From: Bacteroidales bacterium
GTDB taxonomy: Bacteria > Bacteroidota > Bacteroidia > Bacteroidales > ML635J-15
Length of the DNA stretch: 28,508 bases
Assembly: GCA_007130555.1 (NCBI GenBank)
Contig: SLSH01000305.1
Coordinates: forward strand, 1 to 28,508
Direction of reading: 5' to 3'
Shown: positions 1-6,625 of the stretch, piece after piece
Layout: the number at the start of each line of letters is the position of its first letter
Position numbering within the stretch: position 1 is the stretch's first letter
Position numbers and translations under genes: made by a program
The notes under the pieces: model-generated
What the model was told of the DNA's origin: nothing
Databases searched by the model: none
Seen by the model: the letters and a program-made list of their open reading frames with translations, nothing else

Positions 1-200
1 TCATTTACATGAGTAAGTGCAAAGCTGCGTACCCCATATTCATTACCTGTCCCCGATAGAAAAACATACCCGGTGTCTAAAGCTATAACGCTATTGGTAA
101 TGTGAGCTATTGTGTCTCCTATAATCTTATTAAAAACATTTTGAGATAGTCCTGCAGTGCTTGTAAATATAAGAATTATATATAATATGATTTTTTTCAC
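1..200 (-). CDS. Secreted protein, N-terminal part only (runs off the window edge); possible T9SS cargo
   Basis: GTG at 198-200 opens an uninterrupted frame to the window edge: MKKIILYIILIFTSTAGLSQNVFNKIIGDTIAHITNSVIALDTGYVFLSGTG.... It has a typical Bacteroidota Sec signal peptide ending before Gln. Not in the supplied ORF track. Confidence 0.7.
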   Translation of the reverse strand, partial: MKKIILYIILIFTSTAGLSQNVFNKIIGDTIAHITNSVIALDTGYVFLSGTGNEYGVRSFALTHVN

Positions 201-217
201 GAAATAAATGTTTGATG

Positions 218-225
218 CAAATTTA
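218..225 (-). promoter_or_regulatory. Bacteroidota sigma-A -7 promoter element (TAAATTTG) for the gene starting at 200
   Basis: caaattta at 218-225 reads TAAATTTG(CA) on the - strand, matching TAnnTTTG, 17 nt upstream of the GTG. Confidence 0.45.
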
Positions 226-227
226 AC

Positions 228-254
228 AAAAATCCGGGCTAACCCGGATTTTTT
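228..254 (-). terminator. Intrinsic terminator-like hairpin (possibly bidirectional)
   Basis: AAAAATCCGGG-ctaa-CCCGGATTTTT: perfect 11-bp stem with a 4-nt loop and A/T tails on both sides, directly after the stop at 256. Confidence 0.65.
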
Positions 255-255
255 A

Positions 256-480
256 TTATTCTTTGATAAATTTTCTTATTCTAAAAAAACCATAGCAATC
301 GCTGACCCTAATCAGATAGGTTGTCGGCGGGAAATCCCGCATATTGATAGATTCTTTACCGTTTTGCTTTTCTAGGTTTTTTCGCATAATTAATTTCCCA
401 TCTATAGAATATACTGATATTTCTCCTCCGGTGCAATCATACTGCTTTCCACAAGTTTTTTGCCAATATACAAGCTGCAT
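256..480 (-). pseudogene. Orphan T9SS type-A C-terminal sorting-domain-like fragment (74 aa)
   Basis: EISVYSIDGKLI...SINMRDFPPTTYLIRVSD...RKFIKE resembles the distal strands of Por/T9SS CTDs (YxxxGxxV...GxYxx.x...KxxK). It lacks the YPNP start, a signal peptide and any passenger domain. Confidence 0.5.
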
Positions 481-485
481 AAACC

Positions 486-2672
486 CTAAATCTCAATATT
501 CGTAATTTTATCTGTTAATTTATAATCATATTCGGGATATTCGTAAATTTTCAGGATTTTTTCGGTTTCGCCTATTGAATATCCCCAAATAGTTTTATAA
601 TCGGAAGCATTTTCTCCTATTGATTCTAATTGATTCAGATATTCTCCGATTGATTTGGATTCGATTATTACTACCTTCCCCATTTTATGTATTATCGGAC
701 TGTGACTGCGCGTATGGTCATGGTCAAAACACAAAATTCTTCTTCCGTATCTTGTTATTCCTATTACCCTAAAAGTAAGGCTTTTCCCTACTCCCGGAAG
801 ATTCAGCACATTTCTTCCGCTTGCGATAAAAGGAAGCGAGTATTTATCAAGGAGTTTGGTCAGATTTTTTTGCAGAGTTTCGGGCTTTTCAAGTAGTTTT
901 GTTAGTTCATCGCTGATTTTTTTATCAAAATCCCCGAAATCTTTTTCTTCTATTTGTTCCTGAACGGCTCTGGCATTTGTGGCAAAATTATAACTGTTTT
1001 CCATATATCCTTTTACAGAAAATATATAGTATGATAATACGCCAATTTCATTAAGAGTTTTTCTTAATTTTGCCGTGTGTCCTCTTCGTGAGCCGGCAGT
1101 TGAAAATACATGTTGATTTGTAATAATCCATCCTGCATTTAATAATTTGCTTACGGTATTTTTTGCTTCGGGGGTTATTTCCATAGGAGTCTGAAAATGA
1201 GTTTGAATTACAAACTGCTTTAATCCCGCTTTTTGAGCATTAACTCTGAAATCCTTTAATATTTCAACAAGCTTGTCGTTAACTCTTTGTGGCAGATATG
1301 CCAAAAGTCTTGTCCCTAATCTTATTCTTAAAATTTCGGCGTTTTTTTCTCCGTCGGGAAGAGTTTTATTTTTTTCTTTTTTGCGGATTGTCATCTCTAA
1401 GACTTTGTCAAGAATTTCTTTCAAAGATTTATTGGAACTCATCAATGCATCTCCGCCTGTAATAAGGATATCTCTGAGTTGAGAATCTTCTTCCCAGTAT
1501 TTCATTATTTTATTTAATTTTCCAGCCCATTCTTGTGATGGTTTAAGTTCTTCAAGGTCAAAATTCAGATTTCCGCTTTGGAAGTCATACATTCTTTGAC
1601 AGCTTGAACAAAGTCCTCCGCATGCACGACCTGTTGTGTCGGGGATAAGTATTGCCACTTCGGGATATCTTCTGTGGACATTGCTTTTTGTCGGCAGTAT
1701 CCATCCTGCAGCATTCGGTTTCCCTGGTTCTACTTCATCTTCTTTTTCCCATGCAACAATGTCTCCGAACTCATTTACAAGTTCTTCGCTGTAAAAAATA
1801 TAATCTCTGATACTAAGATCTGCACCTACCGCAAAATCAGGAGCTTTAATATTCAGAAGAGACAAATAATATGGATTAACAAAAAACGGTATTCCTGTTT
1901 TTTCGGCTCTATACATAATTTGCATGGTTTCCGGGTCAACGGAGTGGTCCAGCATATCATTTAACAAGTCGGGATTTCTTATGGCAAAAGATAAATGAAA
2001 ATTATAATCTTCCCACCACTCAAGCATTTTGTTAAATTTTTCTTCATAAGATTTTTCTTTCTCAAATTTATATTTTGGACAGGATAATTCGCCTGAGTCA
2101 ATTTTACTTATAAATACATTAATTATTCTTTTTTTGTTTTTCTCTCTGATTTTAACAATTCTTGTATCCAAACCTGACGGGAAATTTTTCATCCAGTCTT
2201 TAAGTTGTTCTCTTTTAGGTTTTTCTTTTTTTAAGCTTCCTCTGAACTGTCTGAATAAAAAAAGCATATCCCTGAAAAATTCTGTACTTCCTCCTCCGTT
2301 TCCTTTGTTTACGGCTTTCCAAAGAATATTAATCGGTTCATTTATTACCAAATCTCCTTTAAGGTTTAAGTCTTCGTATTTTTGTCCTGAGTTATCAATA
2401 TAATCCAGTAATCTTATCGCAGCAAAATCCTGCCATGATAATTTATTATAAATTTCTGTTCCTTCTTTTTTCCCTTTATAATAATCATAAGCTTCAGTAC
2501 GGGTAATAATATAGTCTGAAGTCATTTTTTTTACTCCATTAAGAGCTTCTTCGGGATTTTTCGCATTCTGCAATATTTCTGCCAATTCTGAATTTTCTTT
2601 CAGGAGTTTTTTTAAAATCTTATGTGATTTAATTGAAATTGAAACTTTGTCTAAATTATTGTTTTTCAACAT
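486..2672 (-). CDS. KamA-family radical SAM/PLP aminomutase, long form (728 aa), paralog 1
   Basis: HRRYP..A, CxxxCxxC (C351GGLC355SSC358) followed by QR, DILITGGDAL, RIRLGTR, QTHF, NQHV and LPGVGK (putative PLP Lys630). Carries a ~300-aa N-terminal extension relative to LAM. Substrate uncertain, so no symbol is given. Confidence 0.9.
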   Translation of the reverse strand: MLKNNNLDKVSISIKSHKILKKLLKENSELAEILQNAKNPEEALNGVKKMTSDYIITRTEAYDYYKGKKEGTEIYNKLSWQDFAAIRLLDYIDNSGQKYEDLNLKGDLVINEPINILWKAVNKGNGGGSTEFFRDMLFLFRQFRGSLKKEKPKREQLKDWMKNFPSGLDTRIVKIREKNKKRIINVFISKIDSGELSCPKYKFEKEKSYEEKFNKMLEWWEDYNFHLSFAIRNPDLLNDMLDHSVDPETMQIMYRAEKTGIPFFVNPYYLSLLNIKAPDFAVGADLSIRDYIFYSEELVNEFGDIVAWEKEDEVEPGKPNAAGWILPTKSNVHRRYPEVAILIPDTTGRACGGLCSSCQRMYDFQSGNLNFDLEELKPSQEWAGKLNKIMKYWEEDSQLRDILITGGDALMSSNKSLKEILDKVLEMTIRKKEKNKTLPDGEKNAEILRIRLGTRLLAYLPQRVNDKLVEILKDFRVNAQKAGLKQFVIQTHFQTPMEITPEAKNTVSKLLNAGWIITNQHVFSTAGSRRGHTAKLRKTLNEIGVLSYYIFSVKGYMENSYNFATNARAVQEQIEEKDFGDFDKKISDELTKLLEKPETLQKNLTKLLDKYSLPFIASGRNVLNLPGVGKSLTFRVIGITRYGRRILCFDHDHTRSHSPIIHKMGKVVIIESKSIGEYLNQLESIGENASDYKTIWGYSIGETEKILKIYEYPEYDYKLTDKITNIEI

Positions 2673-2721
2673 AAAATTAAATATTATTTAATAAGGATTT
2701 GTAATTTGTTAATAAACGGGG

Positions 2722-2753
2722 CTAAAGATAATAAAATATAAGAACCCCTGCAA
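2722..2753 (-). promoter_or_regulatory. Putative own promoter of KamA paralog 1 (TTG-N20-TATCTTTAG)
   Basis: ctaaagata at 2722-2730 reads TATCTTTAG on the - strand, a variant -7 element. caa at 2751-2753 reads TTG, 20 nt upstream, which fits Bacteroidota -33/-7 spacing. Confidence 0.4.
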
Positions 2754-2800
2754 TTTTTTTTGATTTTCTGTTTGCAGCTTCTCAGAACACGATAAACCGG

Positions 2801-4996
2801 TTATGATAAATCAATATTTGTAAGTTCTTCGGTTAATTTATAATTGTAATCGGGATATTCGTAAATTTGCGGTCTTGGTTCGGTCTCGCCCAGAGAATAG
2901 CCCCAAATACTTTCATAATCATCTGCATTTTCTCCGATTTCTTCTAATTGCTGTAAATATTCGCTGATTGATTTAGATTCAATTACAATTATTTTTCCTA
3001 TTTTATGTATTATCGGACTATGACTTCTTGTCTGGTCGTGGTCAAATTCTAAAATCCTCCGACCATATCGGGTAATGCCTACAACTCTGTATGTCAGACT
3101 TTTACCGACACCCGGAAGATTTAAAACATTTCTGTCGCATGCAATAAACGGAATAGAATATTTTGTCAGGATTTTATTTATAATTGATTTTACTTTTTCG
3201 GGATGAGTAAGCAACTTATTTAATTCTTTACTTATCTTATCATCAACTTTTCCGTGAATTTTTTCTTCTATCTGTTCCTGAACTGCTCTTGCATTTGTGG
3301 CAAAATTAAAATTGTTTTCCATATATCCTTTAACCGAAAAAGTATAATATGGCAATACTCCGATTTCGTTAAGTATTTTTCTCAGTTTTGCAGTATGTCC
3401 TCTTCGTGATGATGCTGCAGAAAACACATGTTGGTTTGTAATAATCCATCCTGCATTTATTAATCGTTCGACTACTTTTTGAGCTTCGGGTGTTATTTCC
3501 ATTGGAGCTTCAAAATGAGTTTGTATAACAAATTGTTTTAATCCTGCTTTTTGAGCTTTTGTTTTAAAATCTTTTAAAATTTCAATTAATTCATCGTCAA
3601 CTCTTTGTGGTAAATATGCCAAAAGTCTTGTGCCTAATCTTATTCTCAACATTTCCGCAACTTTTTTTCCTTCAGGTAATTTTTTGTTCTTTTCTTTCTT
3701 TTTAATTGTCATTTCAAGAGTTTTGTCTAATATTTCTTTTAATGATTTATTGGAACTCATTAATGCGTCTCCTCCTGTAATAAGGATATCTCTGAGTTGA
3801 GAATCTTCTTCCCAGTATTTCATTATTTTATCCAGTTCTCCCGACCATTTTTCGGTAGGTTCAAGTTTTTCGAGGTTAAAATTCAGGTTTCCGCGTTGAA
3901 AATCGTACATTCTTTGACACGAAGCACAGAGCCCTCCGCAGGCACGTCCTTTTGTTGCAGGAATAAGTATCGCCACTTCGGGGTATCTTCTGTGAACATT
4001 ATGATGTGTCGGCAGTATCCATCCTGCTGCATTTGGTTTGCCGGGTTCTACTTTATCTTCTTTTTCCCATGCAACAATATGTCCGAATTCTTCAACCAGT
4101 TTTTTACTGTAAAGTACATAATAACGAATTGCCAGGTCTGCTCCTATAGCGAAATACGGTACTCTTACGTGTAATAATGATAAATAATAAGGATTTATAA
4201 AAAACGGAATTCCTACTTTTTCGGCTTCGTACATAATTTTCATTGTGTCGGGATCTAAAGAGTTTCCCAGCAGTTCGTTCAGTAGTTGAGGAGACCTGAC
4301 TGCAAAAGACAAATGAAAATTATAATCATCCCACCATTCTAACAGTTTTAAAAATTTTTGCTCATGAGACATTTTGGGAGCAAATTTATACTTAGGACTT
4401 AATAATTCACCGGAATCAATTTTAGTAATAAAAATTTCTATAATCCTGTCTCTGTTTTCTTCGCGTAGTTTAACAATTCTCGGGTCAAGTCCCGAAGGAA
4501 ATCTGTCCATATATTCGGCTAATTGTTCTTTACCCGGGATTTTTCGTTTATAACTTCCTCTGAATTGGCGAAACAGGTATAACATATCTTCAAAAAAGAA
4601 AGGCTTGGCACCACCTGTTCCTTTTGTTACAGCCATCCAAATCATCTTTATGGGGTTACTTACCGCAAGTTCTCCTCTTAAATTCAAATCCTCATATTCT
4701 TGTCCGGCATTGTCAACATAGTCTAATAGTCGGATTGCGGCATAATCCTGCCATGACAATTTTTCAAAAAACTCTCTGCCCTGATTTACTCTTTTGTAAT
4801 AAGCATAGGCATCAGGACGATTTTTCATATATTCCATCACCCAGTTTTTGATTCCTACGAGAGCTTCGGTTTCGTTTTTTGCATTACGCATTATTTCTTC
4901 TAAAACGGGATTCTCTTTTAATAATTCTTTTAAAAGTCTGTGTGATTTTACTGTGATTGCAATTTGATCTAATCTTTGGATTTCCAGCATAAGCAT
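2801..4996 (-). CDS. KamA-family radical SAM/PLP aminomutase, long form (731 aa), paralog 2
   Basis: Same motifs as paralog 1: C353GGLC357ASC360QR, DILITGGDAL and NVLNLPGVGK (Lys632). Collinear with 486-2672 over the full length. The start could be Met1 or Met3. Confidence 0.9.
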   Translation of the reverse strand: MLMLEIQRLDQIAITVKSHRLLKELLKENPVLEEIMRNAKNETEALVGIKNWVMEYMKNRPDAYAYYKRVNQGREFFEKLSWQDYAAIRLLDYVDNAGQEYEDLNLRGELAVSNPIKMIWMAVTKGTGGAKPFFFEDMLYLFRQFRGSYKRKIPGKEQLAEYMDRFPSGLDPRIVKLREENRDRIIEIFITKIDSGELLSPKYKFAPKMSHEQKFLKLLEWWDDYNFHLSFAVRSPQLLNELLGNSLDPDTMKIMYEAEKVGIPFFINPYYLSLLHVRVPYFAIGADLAIRYYVLYSKKLVEEFGHIVAWEKEDKVEPGKPNAAGWILPTHHNVHRRYPEVAILIPATKGRACGGLCASCQRMYDFQRGNLNFNLEKLEPTEKWSGELDKIMKYWEEDSQLRDILITGGDALMSSNKSLKEILDKTLEMTIKKKEKNKKLPEGKKVAEMLRIRLGTRLLAYLPQRVDDELIEILKDFKTKAQKAGLKQFVIQTHFEAPMEITPEAQKVVERLINAGWIITNQHVFSAASSRRGHTAKLRKILNEIGVLPYYTFSVKGYMENNFNFATNARAVQEQIEEKIHGKVDDKISKELNKLLTHPEKVKSIINKILTKYSIPFIACDRNVLNLPGVGKSLTYRVVGITRYGRRILEFDHDQTRSHSPIIHKIGKIIVIESKSISEYLQQLEEIGENADDYESIWGYSLGETEPRPQIYEYPDYNYKLTEELTNIDLS

Positions 4997-5081
4997 ATTT
5001 TTTTATTTTAAATTGCTAATATAAAAAAGTTTTGATTTATGTCAAGTTTTAATAATAATTTTTTATTAACCGATATGTTTT

Positions 5082-5089
5082 TATATTTG
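5082..5089 (+). promoter_or_regulatory. -7 promoter element (TATATTTG) upstream of galE
   Basis: Exact TAnnTTTG match 21 nt before the ATG at 5111. Confidence 0.45.
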
Positions 5090-5110
5090 TTGGTTGTAAA
5101 ATTCTTGTAA

Positions 5111-6136
5111 ATGGAAAAAGTGATAATTACGGGAGGCACAGGATATATTGGTTCACACACGGTAGTGGAGTTTTTAAATGCAGGTTTTGAAACTATCATT
5201 ATAGATAATCTTGTTAACTCAAAAATTGAAGTATTATCAGGAATTGAAAAGATTTGTAAAAGAAAACCGGTTTTTTATCAGGAAGATATTACGGATATAT
5301 CCGCAATACAAAAAATTTTTGAAGAACACAAAGATGCAGTTGCCGTAATTCATTTTGCAGCATATAAATCAGTCGGAGAATCCGTTGAAAATCCGTTGAA
5401 ATATTATCATAATAATATTCAGGGCTTGGTAAATCTTTTACGGAAAATGCAAAATACAGGGGTAAAAAATCTGGTTTTTTCGTCAAGTTGCACGGTTTAT
5501 GGTCAGCCCGAAAAACTACCGGTTACCGAAAAATCCCCTGTAATTAAACCCGAATCTCCTTATGGAAATACAAAAAAAATAAATGAAGAAATAATTGAAG
5601 ATACAATAAAAACAAATTCTGAAATTAATTGTATTTCTTTAAGATATTTTAATCCGATTGGTGCTCATCCTTCGGCAGAAATAGGAGAATTTCCTTTAGG
5701 AGTTCCGGATAATCTTTTACCGTATATTACACAAACCGCCATCGGATTGCGGGAAAAATTAAGTGTTTTCGGCAACGATTATAATACTCCTGACGGTACG
5801 GCTATAAGAGATTATATAAATGTGGTTGACCTGGCAAAAGCTCACGTTATAGCCGTAAACAGATTATTAGAAAAGAAAAACAAGGACAGATTGGAAGTTT
5901 TTAATATAGGAACAGGAGAAGGAGTGTCTGTAATGGAAGTAATACGTTCATTTGAGAAAGTAAGCAACCAAAAATTAAATTACAAAATTACAGGACGAAG
6001 ACCAGGGGACATCGAAAAAGTCTGGGCAGATACTACAAAAGCGAATAAAATTCTTGGATGGAAAGCCGAAAAAACTCTGGATGAAACGATTTTATCTGCT
6101 TGGGAGTGGGAGAAAAAAATAAGAAATAAAAGTTAA
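5111..6136 (+). CDS. galE: UDP-glucose 4-epimerase
   Basis: TGGTGYIGSHT Rossmann motif, IHFAAYKSVGESV, FSSSCTVYG, catalytic YGNTK (YxxxK), LRYFNPIGAH, DGTAIRDYINV, RRPGD. Confidence 0.97.
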   Translation: MEKVIITGGTGYIGSHTVVEFLNAGFETIIIDNLVNSKIEVLSGIEKICKRKPVFYQEDITDISAIQKIFEEHKDAVAVIHFAAYKSVGESVENPLKYYHNNIQGLVNLLRKMQNTGVKNLVFSSSCTVYGQPEKLPVTEKSPVIKPESPYGNTKKINEEIIEDTIKTNSEINCISLRYFNPIGAHPSAEIGEFPLGVPDNLLPYITQTAIGLREKLSVFGNDYNTPDGTAIRDYINVVDLAKAHVIAVNRLLEKKNKDRLEVFNIGTGEGVSVMEVIRSFEKVSNQKLNYKITGRRPGDIEKVWADTTKANKILGWKAEKTLDETILSAWEWEKKIRNKS

Positions 6137-6308
6137 TATAATTGGTGCTATCTCAAATTTAATGGAAGTTTTAGCTTATGATGTTAGGAAAAGTTATAGG
6201 GGATGGGTATAGGGATATAGGGATATAGGGATATAGGGATATAGGGAACACCCCTTACACCTTATACCTTATACCCTATACCTTAAAATAGTGATAGAAC
6301 TAAATATA
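6137..6308. mobile_element. Possible MITE-like bracket: imperfect 16-bp inverted repeats enclosing the tandem-repeat hairpin
   Basis: TATAATTGGTGCTATC (6137-6152) versus the reverse complement of 6293-6308 (TATATTTAGTTCTATC): 13/16 match. No clean target-site duplication. Confidence 0.3.
6195..6284. repeat. Inverted pair of short tandem repeat arms: (TATAGGGA)x5 and (YTAYACC)x4
   Basis: Five exact TATAGGGA units at 6208-6247, then TTACACC TTATACC TTATACC CTATACC at 6255-6282. GGTATAGGG (6206-6214) is the perfect complement of CCCTATACC (6274-6282). Confidence 0.9.
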
Positions 6309-6382
6309 TAATTAATAATTTAAATAACATTTTATTGAGCATTACGTAAAAATTAACAGACATTTACATTAAATAATATTAT

Positions 6383-6625
6383 ATGGAAGACACATTAGTA
6401 ACATTAGTAAAATATAGGTACGAGTATCGTGCTCATATACTTAGGGATAAACTTGAAGAGATAGGCATAACATGTGCCGTTTCGAACTTGTCTGTATTTG
6501 GAGAAATAGATGGCGTAAAAGTAATGGTTATGCAAAAAGATTTTGATAAAGCTTTAAAGATTTATCAGGAAATACGTAATTTATATGATAATCATTCCGA
6601 TGATGTAATTGAGGAAGGCGATTAA
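6383..6625 (+). CDS. DUF2007-like small putative signal-transducing protein (80 aa)
   Basis: LVTLVKY.YEYRAHILRDKLEEIGI.C ... GVKVMV.QKDFDKALKI fits the DUF2007 pattern (A.l++..Le..GI ... v.v.V...D...A..i). Confidence 0.7.
   Translation: MEDTLVTLVKYRYEYRAHILRDKLEEIGITCAVSNLSVFGEIDGVKVMVMQKDFDKALKIYQEIRNLYDNHSDDVIEEGD

Noticed and set aside
256-488. Possible frameshift or readthrough fusing KamA paralog 1 to the CTD-like ORF
   Set aside because: The ORFs are in different frames, no slippery site is visible, paralog 2 ends at the equivalent position, and a cytoplasmic Fe-S enzyme without a signal peptide would not use T9SS.
687-4851. Short + strand ORFs inside the two kamA genes (687, 1273, 1674, 2134, 3797, 4624)
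   Set aside because: Antisense shadows of long, motif-rich genes, with no recognisable domains. The similarity between the 1674 and 3797 ORFs merely mirrors the kamA duplication.
486-4996. Calling the pair kamA (lysine 2,3-aminomutase) or epmB
   Set aside because: The lysine-binding Asp residues appear to be replaced, the proteins are far longer than either, and there is no efp/epmA or lysine-fermentation context.
6195-6284. CRISPR array or telomere-like repeat
   Set aside because: Units are 7-8 bp, contiguous and without spacers, and no cas genes are present. The element is internal and only 90 bp.
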